Shown in pieces: positions 44,304-60,428 of a stretch of 64,000 nt of DNA. Source of the stretch: the human T2T-CHM13v2.0 reference genome, Homo sapiens; NCBI RefSeq assembly GCF_009914755.1, contig NC_060928.1. One strand, given 5' to 3'. Numbering within the stretch: position 1 is the stretch's first letter; every line of letters starts with the position of its first letter. The notes below the pieces were generated by a model. That model made no database searches and was not told the origin of the DNA. It was given only the letters and a program-made list of their open reading frames with translations. The position numbers and the translations under genes were made by a program.

Positions 44304-47300
44304 GGGAGACCGGACTCAAGCGTCCCCAAAGAGCCTGTGGTCAGAATGACAGTTGGGGGTGGAGACATTGACTTTCTTGTAGATAGCGGTGCTGAACATT
44401 CGCTAGTAACCGCCCCGGTCACCCACTTATCCAAAAAGACTATTGACGTCATCGGAGCCACGGGGGTTTCAGGAAAGCAAGCTTTCTGCTTGCCTCGGAC
44501 TTGTACTGTAGGAGGACATCAAGTCATTCATCAGTTTTGGTACATGCCTGACTGTCCCTTGACCTTTTTGGGAAAGGATTTGCTCAGCAAGCTGAGAGCC
44601 ACTATCTCTTTGACAGAGCACAGCTCTTTGATGCTAAAGTTACCTTTAACGGGAGACATTATGAGGCTTTTGCTCCCCCGAGAGGAGGAATGGAGACTTT
44701 TCTGAATTGAGCCGGGCCAAGAGAGAAGACCAGCTCTGGCTAAGAGGTGGCCAAGAGTACAGGCAGAAGACAACCCTCCAGGATTTGCCAGTTAAGACTG
44801 GGGCCCAGCCAGTGAGGCAAAAACAGGACCCGGTCCCCACAGAAGCCCTTCAAGGTATCCAAGTCCGTCTCAAGCACCTAAGAAGTTTTGGAATTATTGT
44901 TCCTTGTCAGTCTCCATGGAACACTCCCCTCCTGCCTGTTCCCAAGCCACGGACCAAGGACTACCGGCCGGTACAGGATTTGCACTTGCTTCATCAAGCT
45001 ACACTGACTTTCCCTCCAACAGTACCTAACCTGTCCACATTGTTGGGGTTGTTGCCAGCTGAGGACAGCTGGTTCACCTGCTTGGACCTGAAAGATGCTT
45101 TCTTTCCTATCAGATTAGCCCCTGAGAGGCAGAAGCTGTTTGCTTTTCAGTGGGAAGATCCGGAGTCAGGTGTCACTACTCAGTACACTTGGACCGGGCT
45201 TCCCTAAGGGTTCAAGCACTACCCCACCATCTTCGGGGAGGCGTTGGCTCAAGACCTCCAGAAGTTTCCCAGCAGAGACCTAGGCTGCGTGTTCCTCCAG
45301 TAGGTTGATGGCCTTCCGCTGGGACACCCCACGGCACTCGGGTGTGCCAAGGGAACAGATGCCCTACACCGGCACCTGGAGGACTGTGGGTAGAAGGTGT
45401 CCAAGAAGAAAGCTCAGATCTGCCGACAGCAGGTACGTTACTTGGGATTTACTATCCAACAGGGGTCCGAACACAGCCTGGGATCAGAAAGAAAGCAGGT
45501 CGTTTGCAATCTAGCAGAGCCTAAGAGCAGAAGGCAGGTGAGAGAATTCTTGGGAGCTGTGGGGTTTTGTAGACTGTGCATCCCAAACTTTGCAGTATTA
45601 GCCAAGCCTTTGTATGAGGTCACAAAGGGGGCGGGGAACGGGAACCTTTGGAATGGGGATCCCAACAACAGCAAGTCTTTCATGAGTTAAAGGAAAAACT
45701 TCTGGCATCCCCAGCCCTGGGGCTACCCGATCTGACAAAGCCTTTTCCATTGTATGCATCAGAGAGAGAAAAGATGGCAGCTGGACTTTGAACCCAAACT
45801 ATGCGGCCCTGGCCGAGGCCGGTGGCCTACCTCTCTCAACAACTAGACGGGGTTTCTAAAGGATGGCCCCCCTGTTGGAGGGCTTTGGCAGCAACTGCCC
45901 TGCTAGTACAAGAAGCAAATAAGCTGACTCTTGGGCGAAACCTGAACATAAAGGCCTCCCGTGCTGTGGTGGCTTTAATGAATACTAAAGGACATCATTG
46001 GCTAACGAATGCCAGACTCACTAAGTACCAGACTTGGCTCTGTGAAAATTCCCGTATAACCATTGAAGTTTGTAACAGCCTACACCCCTCTACCTTGTGT
46101 CCCGTATCAGAGAGCCCTGTTGAGCCTTATTGTGTAGAAGTGTTGGACTCAGTTGACTCTAGCAGACCTGACCTCCGGGACCAGGCTTGGGCATCAGTAG
46201 AGTGGGAACTATACGTGGACGGGAGCAGCTTCTTCAACCTCCAAGGAGAGAGAGGTGCAGGGTATGCAGTGATAACCCTGGGCACTGTTGTTGAAGCCAG
46301 ATCGTTGCCCCAGGCCACTTCAGCCCAGAAAGCTGAACTCATTGCTTTCATTCTGGCCTTAGAGCTCAGTGAGGGTGAGACTGTCAACATTTACACTGAT
46401 TCTCGGTATGTCTTTTCAACCCTTCAAGTGCATGGAGCGTGATAGAAAGAAAAGCGCCTATTGAACTCTGGGGGAAAAGACAGAAAATATCCACAAGAAA
46501 TCTTGCAATGATTAGAAGCAGTATGGAAACCCCACAAGGTGGCAGTTAGGCATTGCAAGGGACACCAGCGAGCTTCCACCTTGCTGGGTTTGGGGAATTC
46601 CCGTGCTGACTCAGAGGCTGGAAAAGCAGCATCTGCCCCCTTCCGGGCATCAGTGCTCCCTCAAGCACCTGATCTTGGACCTACTTCTTCTAAAGAAGAA
46701 AAGGACTTTCTCCAGGTAGAGGAAGGACAAGTGATGGAGGAAGGATGGATTCAGTTACCAGATGGGAGAGTAGCTGTGCCACAGCTGCTAGGAGCTGCAG
46801 TTGTACTGGCTGTGCAAGAAACCACCCATCGAGGTCAGGAGTCACTGGAAAAGTTGTTAGGCCGGTATTTCTACATCTCACCTTTGTCAGCCCTTGCAAA
46901 AACGGTGAGGCAGCGGTGTGTTACCTGCCGACAGCATGATGCGAGGCAAGGTCTAGCCGTTCCGCCCGGCATACGAGCTTATGGAGCAGCCCCATTTGAA
47001 GGTCTCCAGATGGACTTCACCGAGATGCAAAAGTGTGGAGGTAACAAGTATGTACTAGTTCTTGGGCGCACCTACTCTGGGTGGGTGGAGGCCTATCCAA
47101 CACGAACTGAGAAAGCTTGTGAAGTAACCCCTGTGCTTCTTCGAGATCTGATTCCTAGATTTCGACCGCCCTTACGGATCGGCTGAGACAACGGGTCTGC
47201 GTTTTTGGCTGCCTTGGTACAGAAGACGGCAAAGGTATTGGGGATCACGCGGAAACTGCATGCCGCCTCCCGGCCTCAGAGTTCCGGAAAGGTGGAGTGG

Positions 47301-47323
47301 ATGAATCGGACTATCAAAAATAG
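44304..47323 (+). pseudogene. HERV-E-like pro-pol remnant (PR-RT-RNase H-IN), disabled and cut within integrase
   Basis: PR FLVDSGAEHS; RT PWNTPLLPVPKP and CLDLKDAFF, with YVDD degraded to tag-gtt-gat-ggc; RNase H LYVDGSSF, SAQKAELIA, NIYTDSRY; [21 protein letters not shown]. Confidence 0.95.
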
Positions 47324-47324
47324 T

Positions 47325-49660
47325 ACTATTGTCTTCCCCGCTGGATATTTAAAACAATACCACAAGTTGCGTCAAACCACCTGCTAAATTTGAGGGAAAG
47401 TTATCCTCTCCCCCAATCCCCCGGCCCCGGATATTAGAGACAATAACACAGGGGTGATGTGCACCCACTACTTTATTGGGAGTAATATCATCCTCTCCCT
47501 TCTTGGATATTAGGAATAATATCACACTGTGTGTGTACGCCTGTCGCGAAACCTCCCTGGATATGACGAACAATATCATGGGGGATGTACAACTTCTGAG
47601 ATATTGGGAGTGATATCATCCTCTCCCCTCTGGAAGTTAGGGACAATATCACAGGGGTAGTGTACACCCTCTGGGATGTTGGGACTAATATCATCCTCCC
47701 GCCCACTGGATATTAAAAAGCATATCACAAGGGGGGTGTACACACACTTCGATATTGGTTGGAATACCATCCTCTCCCTCTTTGGATATTCGGTGCCATA
47801 TTTCAGGTGGGGTATACAGCACCTGCAATATTGGAAGTAATATGATTTTCTCTCCCCCTGGATATCAGAAACAATATTACAGGGGGTTGTGAACAACCCC
47901 AGCGATATTTGCAGTCATATCATCGTCTCCCCTCACGATTTTTAAGAACAATATCGTAGGGGTGGGGGATGTACACCCCCTTTCATATTTGATATCATCC
48001 TCTTCCCCCCTGGATATTAGGAGCAATATCAGGAAGGGATGTACAGACCCTGCGACCTTTGCTGTCATATAATTGCCTCTCCCCTAGATATTAGGAAAAA
48101 ATGTCACTGGGGATGTGAACAGCCCTGCGATATTGAGAGTAGTATCATCCTCTCCCCCCTTGCATATGGGGAACAACATCACAGGTGGGGTGTACTGCCT
48201 CCGTGATATTGGGAGTGAAATTTTCCTCTCTTCCCCTGGACATGAGGAAGGGTATCAGAGGGGGAGGGTGTACATTCCCTGCGATATTCAACGTAACCTT
48301 ATCCTCTCCCTCCCAGGGTATTCAGAACAATATTACAGGAGGGGTGTACACCCTCTGCGATATTGAGAGTCATATCATCCTCTTTCGCTCTGGATGTTAG
48401 GAACAATATCACAGGGTTGTGTACACCCCCTGCGATATTGGGAGTAAGATTATCCTCTCCACCCGGGAAATGACTAACAAGGTCACGGGGGGGTATACTC
48501 CCCCTGCGATATTGGGAGTAATGTCGTCCTCCCCAAACCTGGATCTTAGCAATGAGATCACAGAGGGGGTGTACACACCCTGCGACATTGGAAGTAATAT
48601 GATCCTCTCCCCACCTGGATACTGGGAAAGATAGCACAGCGCGGGTATACATTTCCTACGCTGTTGGGAGTAATATCATTCTTTTCCTTTCTGGATATTA
48701 GGAAGAATATCACAGGGGTGCTGTACAATTACTTCGGTCTTGGGAGTAATATCATCCTCTATTTTCCTGGATATTGGGCACAAAAACACAAAAGGGTGTA
48801 CAACCCCTGCGATATTGGGAGTAATAGCATGCTCTCCTTCACTGGATGTTAGAAAACAATATCATCAGGGCTGAACACCCCCTGCGATAATGGGAGTCAT
48901 GTTTACTCTTTCACAGGCCATTTGGAACAATATCACGGGGGGTGTTTACAAACAGGGGTGGTGTACACCCCCTGTGATATTGGGAGTGACATCATTCTCT
49001 CCACCTCTGGATATTGAGAACAATATCCCGGCGGGAGGTGGTACACCCCCAGTGATATTGCGAATAATGTCATCCTCTCCTTCCCTGGATATTAGGAACA
49101 CTATCACAGGGGGGTGTACACCTTCTGTGATATTGGAAGCAATAACATCCTCTCCCCCACATGATATTAGAAAAAAATATCACTCACGGTTTACATACAC
49201 CCACTGTGATATGAGGAGTAATATCTTCCTAGGGTATTACGAATAATTTCACAGTCTGTACACACATGGTGTACACTCACTGTGATATTAGGAGTAATAT
49301 CTACCTGGTAGATAACAAAAAACATCGCAGGATGTACACCCACTTTGATATTAGCTGTAATATTTTTCTAAGTTGTTACAAATATCACAGGGTGTACAAA
49401 CATGGTGTACACTCACTGTGATATCAGGAGTCGTATCTCTGTAATATATTATGAATAATATCACAGGGTGTACACCCACTGTATTATTAGGAGTAAGATC
49501 TCTGTAGGATATTACAATTAAGATCACAGGGTGTAGAGCCACCGTGATATTAGGAGCAATATCTTTCTAGGATATTACAAATAATATCACAGGGTGTACG
49601 CCCACTCTGCTATCAGGAGCACTATCTCCCTAGGATATCAAAAATCCTATCACAGGGTGT
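47325..49660 (+). repeat. SATR-type satellite, block B, with a shorter ~60-bp variant from ~49190
   Basis: Tandem diverged SATR units; distal units lose the C-rich stretch. Confidence 0.9.
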
Positions 49661-49661
49661 C

Positions 49662-49880
49662 CAATCTCTGCCTTCCATGTTCTAAGGGATTCTCCCGCTT
49701 CAGCCTCCTGAGTACCTAGAGTTACCCGCCACAACGTCCGGCTAATTTTTTTTTACTTTCACTGGAGATGGGGTTTCACCACGTTGGCCAGGCTGGTCTG
49801 GAACTCCTGACCTCAGGTGATCCATCAGCCTCGGCTGCCCAAAGTGCTGGGATTACAGGTGTGAACCATGGTGCTGGACC
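49662..49880 (-). mobile_element. Alu truncated at the SATR junction
   Basis: Starts inside the right arm (caatctctgccttcc) with no tail. Confidence 0.9.
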
Positions 49881-50527
49881 AAGAGTTATATATTCAATTC
49901 ATTTGGAAACACAGCTCCCATTTTAGAGTGTGCATGTACTTTTATGAAGAAATGATGTCAGAAAACAGAAGGATGATAATAAATATGAAAAGTAACAGGC
50001 ATGTGAAAAGCTCTTCCGATTGAGAACGATAAGGTTCGATTTCATTTTCAGATAATGGGGTCCTAGCTCTTGTGTCATCCTTTTACATATTCTACATCAA
50101 TGGAAGTTGTAGCACGGTGTCAGAATAAAGTAGAGTGTATTTCATGGCTTCTTAATTTCTTTCAATTAGACTGAGATCTTTTTCTTCAAGAGAGAAGGAC
50201 ATTGTCATTGCATTGCATTTTTTCTGAAAAGAGTAGGCCGTATTTTACTGAGATCACGGATTTGTGATATATGACGTTTTGGTCTTCTAATATTCTTCAG
50301 TGGATTTTCTCTAAAATAGTATGTACAGAAAGCCTTGTATAGCAAAAAAGTAAATCACGTAATAATTCTGAGATTGTTGGAATTGTCACAACTGAGAAAC
50401 ATTGCTGGCGGCGTATGGTCCGCAAGTGTGAAGACGTTCCTTGTGAATTGCTTGCATCTAGCATTAACGGCTGGTTTTTATCTTTTATTTTTCCAATCCT
50501 CTTTCCTTCTCAAGGTGTCCAAGACAC

Positions 50528-51520
50528 ACAGAGCCACGGAATCTCACAGGTGTCTGAGAATTCCTCCTCCTGGGACTCTCAGAGGATCCAGAACTGCAGC
50601 CGGTCCTCGCTTTGCTGTCCCTGTCCCTGTCCATGTATCTGGTCACGGTGCTGAGGAACCTCCTCAGTATCCTGGCTGTCAGCTCTGACTCCCCCCTCCA
50701 CACCCCCATGTACTTCTTCCTCTCCAACCTGTGCTGGGCTGACATCGGTTTCACCTCGGCCATGGTTCCCAAGATGATTGTGGACATGCAGTCGCATAGC
50801 AGAGTCATCTCTCATGAGGGCTGCCTGACACAGATGTTTTTCTTGGTCCTTTTTGCATGTATAGAAGGCATGATCCTGACTGTGATGGCCTATGACTGCT
50901 TTGTAGCCATCTGTCGCCCTCTGAATTACCCAGTCATCGTGAATCCTCACCTCTGTGTCTTCTTCATTTTGGTGTCCTTTTTCCTTAGCCTGTTGGATTC
51001 CCAGCTGCACAGTTGGATTGTGTTACAATTCACAATCATCAAGAATGTGGAAATCTCTAATTTTGTCTGTGACCCCTCTCAACTTCTCAAACTTGCCTGT
51101 TCTGACAGCGTCATCAATAGCATATTCACATATTTCCATAGTACTATGTTTGCTTTTCTTCCCATTTCAGCAATCCTTTTATCTTACTATAAAATCGTCA
51201 CCTCCATTCTCAGGATTTCATCTTCAGATGGGAAGTATAAAGCCTTCTCCACCTGTGACTCTCACCTAGCAGTTGTTTGCTGATTTTATGGAACAGACAT
51301 TGGGATGTACCTGACTTCAGCTGTGTCACCACCTCCCAGGAATGGTGTAGTGGCGTCAATGATGTACGCTGTGGTCACCCCCATGCTGAACCTTTTCATC
51401 TACAGCCTGAGAAACAGGGACATACAAAGTGCCTTGCGGAGGCTGCGCAGCAGAACAGTCGAATCTCATGATCTGTTCCATCCTTTTTCTTGTGTGGATG
51501 AGAAAGGGCAACCACAGTAA
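50528..51520 (+). pseudogene. Olfactory receptor pseudogene, subfamily OR7E
   Basis: EPRNLTGV*EFLLLGLSEDPELQ, LHTPMYFFLSNL, MAYDCFVAICRPLNY, KAFSTCDSHL, PMLNLFIYSLRNRD; no N-terminal ATG; in-frame TGA at 50555 and 51281; paralog number not assignable. Confidence 0.97.
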
Positions 51521-52084
51521 ATCTCTACATCTGCAAATCCTGCCCCTTAGTCACATTCTTTTTGTGGCTTGATGGCTTTTATTCCTTTCCGCATTTCCTT
51601 TGTGAATATTGCTTTCTTCATTATGCCTTGAACTGGAATGGGTGAGGATTCTGGGACCCTTTGTTTAGCAGAAACCTCATGACAGAATCCTCTATACCTA
51701 GGCAGCCTCTTTTAGTTTCTGAGCAATAACCCTGTCATCCAGGTGGAATCACAACCATCTTTTTATATACACGAAGTCCTCACTTCGTTTTGGAATTCCC
51801 TGAAAACTGACTTAATGGAAACAATGTACAGGAGGTCCTCCAACACAATTGGTTGTTCAAAGTTGTGTAGTTGTACTGTTGATGAAAAATAGGTGGTTTC
51901 ACTGTACATAATTTTGCTTCAAGGTGAAGTTTCCAAGAGACTTTCAAAGATGTTAAGTGAGGACATACTGTACATCAAATTCATATCCTCTTCCACAGTT
52001 CATGTGGAGTTTTTTTATGAACTGCTTCTAGAGAATCTATTTAGGCAGGTTAAGTGTAGAGATCCATGTCGCCGTTCCTCAATC

Positions 52085-52235
52085 TTGGCTTTGAGTCAAA
52101 TCACCTGGGGAGCTTACAAATGATGAGGCCTGGGTCTCAATACCTGAGATTCTGATTTCCTTGCACCTGTGTGAGTATGTGGATTTTTTTTTTCTTTTAA
52201 AGCACCAGAGGTGGTTCCAATGACGAAGTTTTTAG
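52085..52235. mobile_element. MER5A-like DNA transposon fragment
   Basis: aatcacctggggagcttacaaa...ctgagattctgatt. Confidence 0.6.
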
Positions 52236-52254
52236 AGGCATCAAGCTCCAATGA

Positions 52255-52695
<441 letters not shown>

Positions 52696-52869
52696 ACCAC
52701 TTAGCATTTACATTTTACCTTTCTTCAAGTTATAGATTTATACACACATTGGTTGCTACTTTATTATACACTTGCATATACATAAGATGGGAAATAGAAA
52801 AGAATAAAATGGGCACAGTATCCCTGAAGTTTCATATTCCGAGACATTTTAAAATTATTTGCTCTTCAG

Positions 52870-55945
<3,076 letters not shown>

Positions 55946-56461
55946 TATACTGGCCATTCTATATGAACTAATATATATTTATAATTTTTCATATTTATAC
56001 GTGGTATATTTTCCCATAATAAAAGATGAAAATTAAAGCAGTTGGATGTTTAAAAAGAAAAGAAAGAAGTGAAGAATACACACCAGCTTTCTCCTGATTA
56101 GAGGAAGAGCCCCAAAACTTCTATGGACACTCACTTTTCTCTTCTACTTCTTGCATTATTATGAGGAAATCCTTAGAGGTTGGGGAACTTGGGTGACTTT
56201 GGCTAATAAGGAGCTCTGTGCCTTGAGCCCCCCAGGCCACAGAATAGTAAATAGTCAGTCTGTGCCTCCAGCCCTGCAGTGTGAGGTTGCAGTCCTGTGG
56301 GCTCCACTCCCGTCACCTGTATCAGGAGGCTCATGTCTCACCCTGTCTTCTTGCCAGCCTTGAGGACGGAGCCTGAGCCTCCATGGTGCACCACAAAGGG
56401 AAGACAGTGGACATGTTCTCCGTGGTCATGGCCCAGCAGATGGGAAGGGCAGTTCAGTGAG

Positions 56462-57476
56462 TGTAGGCAAAAGAGAGAGAGATCAGACTCTTACTGTGTC
56501 TATGTAGAAAGGAAAGACATAAGAGACTCCATTTTGAGAAAGACCTATACTTTCAACAATTGCTTTGCTGAGATGTTGTTAATGTGTAGCTTTGCCCCAG
56601 CCACTTTGACCCAACCTGAAGCTCACAAAAACATGTGTTGTATAAAATCAAGGTTTAAGGGATCTAGTGCTGTGCAGGACGTGCCTTGTTAACAAGATGT
56701 TTCCAAGCAGTATACTTGGTAAAAGTCATCGCCATTCTCTAGTCTCAATAAACCAGGGGCACAATACACTGTGGAAAGCCACAGGGAGCCCTGCCCTTGA
56801 AAGCGGAGTATTGTCCAAGGTTTCTCCCCATGTGATAGTCTGAGAAGTGGCCTCGTGGGAGAAGAAAGACCTGACCGTCCCCGAGCCCGACACCAGTAAA
56901 GGGTCTGGCTGAGATGGATTAGTCAAAGAGGAAAGCCTCTTGCAGTTGAGAGAGAGGAAGGCCACTGTCTCCTGCCTGCCCATGGGAACTGAATGTCTTG
57001 GTATAACACCCGATTGTACATTTGTTCAATTCTGAGATGGGGGTAAAACCGCCCTATTGTGGGAGGTGAGACACGTTTTCAGCAATGCTGTCTTGTTATT
57101 CTTTACTCCACTGAGATGTTTGGGTGGAGAGAAACATCAATCTGGCTTGCGTACGAGTCCAGTCATAGTACCTTCCCGTGAACTTCATTATGACATAGAT
57201 TCTATTGCTCACATGTTCGTTGCTGACCTTCTCCTTATTATCACCCTGCCCTCCTACTACATTCCTTTTTGCTGAAATAATAAAAATAATAACCAATAAA
57301 AACCGAGGGAACTCAGAGGCTTGTGTCAGTGCAGCTCCTTGGTATGCTGAGCGCCGGTCCTCTAGGCTCACTGTTGTTTCTCCATACTTTGTCTCTGTGT
57401 CTTATTTCTTTTCTCAGTCTCTCATCCCACCCGACTAGAAATACGCACAGGTGTGGAGGGACGGGCCCCCCCTTCA
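56462..57476 (+). mobile_element. Solo HERV-K (HML-2) LTR5, LTR5A/B-type
   Basis: tgtaggcaaaagagagagagatcagact...gtgtggagggacgggcccccccttca; perfect 6-bp TSD agtgag at 56456-56461 and 57477-57482; aataaa at ~57295. Confidence 0.96.
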
Positions 57477-57734
57477 AGTGAGTGCTGAGGGACGGTCGGG
57501 AACCTTGTTTTGTTTCCTCCTCAGGACAGACAGCAGAGTGAGCTGGGCAGATGGGAGGAGACCAATGTGCAAACTATCCGCTCAGCAGAGTGTGGAGTTT
57601 CTGTTCTTGATTGTGCTGGGGTCTCAGAAATCTACTTCAAAATTTTGCTACCCTCCCCCACTGGTTGTCCTTTTCATAGATATCTCACCCACGATAGCAG
57701 GGAATGAGTCCCTCTAAACTATTCCCTCAGGAAT

Positions 57735-57860
57735 AGTGAGAGCCAGCCCCTCTTCCCACCCTGGATTTTAGGACCCCCATCGCAGGGGGGTGAGGCACCC
57801 CCCGCGATGCGGGGAGTAAGAGCCAGCCCCTCTTCCCCCTCTGGGTTTTTAGGATCCGCA
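57735..57860 (+). repeat. GC-rich SATR variant, about 1.5 units
   Basis: gagccagcccctcttccc...catcgcaggggggtgaggcacccccgcgatgcggggagtaagagcc. Confidence 0.85.
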
Positions 57861-57884
57861 GTGGACTCACAGTCTGTTTACCAC

Positions 57885-58755
57885 ATTGTGAGTAATATCA
57901 TCTCCCCTCTGGAAATTATGAACTATTTCACAGACGGGTGTACACCGTCTGTATTGGGAACAATATCATCCTCGTCCTCCCTGAATATTAAGAACAGTAA
58001 CACAGGGGTGTTTCTACTCCCTGCGGTACTGGGTGTCATATCCTTCTCTCCCACGTTGCAATTAGAGACAATATCATTGGGGGCATGTCCACCTTCTGTT
58101 ATATTTAAAGTAAGATCATCCTCTTCCCTCCAGGATCATGGGAACAATATACCTGGGGGGTGTACACTTTCTGCCATATATGTAGTCATATCAACCCCTC
58201 CGCCTTGGAATATTACGAAGGACCATCTCACACGGGGGTGTACACTTCCTGCGATATTGGAAGTAATATCAACCTCTCGGCCTCTTAATATGAGGAAGAA
58301 TATCACAGGGTGGGTGTACACCTCCTGCTCTATTATGGGGAGGCATATCTATCTATTATGGGGAGTAATATCATCCTCTCCCTTTCAGGATATTAATAAC
58401 AATATCACAGGCTGGGTGAACACAGCCTATGATGCTGGAATTATTGTCACCCTCTCCTCTTCGGGATACTAGGAACAATATCACAGAAGAGGTGTACACT
58501 CCCTGCGATATTGGGAGTAATATACGCTTCTTCCCTGAATATTAGGAGCAATATCACCGGGTGGCTGTACATTCATTGCTATGTTGGCAGTCATGTCATA
58601 CTCCACCCGCTGGATATTAGGATCAGTGTCACAGGGTGAGTGTACACCTACTGCGATATTAAAACTAATATCAAGTTCTCCATCCCTGGATATTAGGAAC
58701 AATATCACAGGTAGGTGTACACCCCCTGCGGTATTAGGAGTAATAATATTATGAA
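57885..58755 (+). repeat. SATR block C
   Basis: Same units and strand as blocks A and B. Confidence 0.9.
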
Positions 58756-59135
58756 TTATTAAACATCAGTCTCATTAATGATTATAAATGGTAATATTAA
58801 TTAATAGTATAACTTTATTAGTCATTAATGATTATTTTAAAGATATGATTATGCATGATTAAAATTAATTCTTACTATTAATGCCATTTTTAATAATATT
58901 AGTTATTAATATTAACATTAATCATTGTTTTATTACCAACATCACTTATGATGGATTTAAGTAACATTAATTACTGATATTATTATTTTACTATTAATAT
59001 TGATATTGCTATTATTAATTGTAATCATGAATATTTTTAATCCACATTAAGTTTTACTGTCTCCACTGTAGTTATTAATATCAATGATTACTGTTAATTG
59101 TTATTATATTTATTAATATTAATAATTAATAAAAC
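58756..59135. repeat. AT-rich core between inverted SATR arms
   Basis: attaatatt-type low complexity. Confidence 0.9.
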
Positions 59136-59870
59136 TGTTCCCGATATCCGTGGGGGAGAGGATATGACTCCCAATATCGCAGAAAGTGTACAACCCTCTA
59201 TGATGTTACTCCTAATAGCCAGGGGGTAGAGGATGACATTATGGAAAATATCGCAGTGGGTGTACATCCCTTCGATTATGTTGTTCCTAATATCCTGGGT
59301 GGGAGAGGATGTTACGACTCCCAAAATCGCAGTGGGCGGAGACATCTCCTGTGATACTGTTCCGAACATCCAAAGGTGGAGAGGATGATATTTCTTCCAA
59401 TTTCGCCGGGGGTGCACACCACTCCTGTGATATTGATCCTAATATCCGGGGGGCGAGAGGATGATATTAGTCTGAATATTGCAGGAGGTGTACAATCCCT
59501 AGGGTTATTGTTCCTAATATCCAGGGACAGAGAGGATGATATCACTCCCATTATAGCAGGAGGTGTACACCCCTTGTGTGACATTGTTCCTAATAGGCAG
59601 CGGGGGAGAGGAAGATATCACCACGAGTATCGCAGGGGGTGTACACCCCCTTGTGACATTGTTCCTTCTATCCTGGGAGGGAGAGGAAGATACTAGCGGC
59701 AATGTCGCAAGGGCTGTACACACCCACTGTGATATTTTTCCGAATATCTGGAGGGGGAGAAAATGATGTTACTTCCAATATCGCAGGGGGCTTACATGCT
59801 CCTGAGATATTATTTCTCAGGTTCAGGGGGAGAGGATGATATTACTGCCAATATCGCAGGGGTTGTACAC
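59136..59870 (-). repeat. SATR block D, inverted
   Basis: Units read tgttcctaatatccaggg...gagaggatgatat...cccaatatcgcag, the reverse complement of blocks A-C. Confidence 0.92.
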
Positions 59871-59875
59871 ACCTC

Positions 59876-60367
59876 CCGTGATGCGAGGAGTAAGAGCCAG
59901 CCCCTCTTCCCACCCTGGCTCTTAGGACTTCCATCGCAGGGGAGTGAGGCATCCCTCGCGATGCGGGGAGTAAGAGCCAGCCCCTCTTCCCCTCCTAGCT
60001 CTTAGGACCCCCATCCCAGGGGGCTGAGGCACCCCCCGCCATGCGGGGAGTAAGAGACAGTCCCTCTTCCCCCACTGGCTCTTAGGACCCCCATCGCAGT
60101 GGGGTGAGGCACCCCCGCAATGCGGGGAGTAAGAGCCAGCCCCTCTTTCCCTCCCTGGCTCTTAGGACCCACATCGCAGGGGGGTGATTCACCCCCCGCG
60201 ATGCGGGGAGTACAAGCCAGCCCCTCACCCCCCATGGCTCTTAGGACACACATCGCAGGGGGGTGAGGCACCCCCCGCGATGCGGGGAGTACAAGCCAGC
60301 CCCTCACCCCCCATGGCTCTTAGGACACCCATCGCAGGGGGGTGAGGCACCCCCCGCGATGCGGGGA
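59876..60367 (+). repeat. GC/CpG-rich SATR variant array, ~6 x 80 bp
   Basis: taagagccag or a close variant recurs at 59891, 59971, 60051, 60130, 60211. Confidence 0.93.
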
Positions 60368-60428
60368 GGGCTGAGACTGGGGTCTGGGCTGTTCCGGACT
60401 TCAACACTCACCCCTTGTCCCCACGCAG

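Noticed and set aside
43232-47323. Active retroviral RT or integrase
   Set aside because: Multiple stops and frameshifts, RT YVDD destroyed, integrase truncated, no LTRs
50335-51010. Antisense and alternate-frame ORFs over the OR7E pseudogene
   Set aside because: Shadow frames of the receptor sequence
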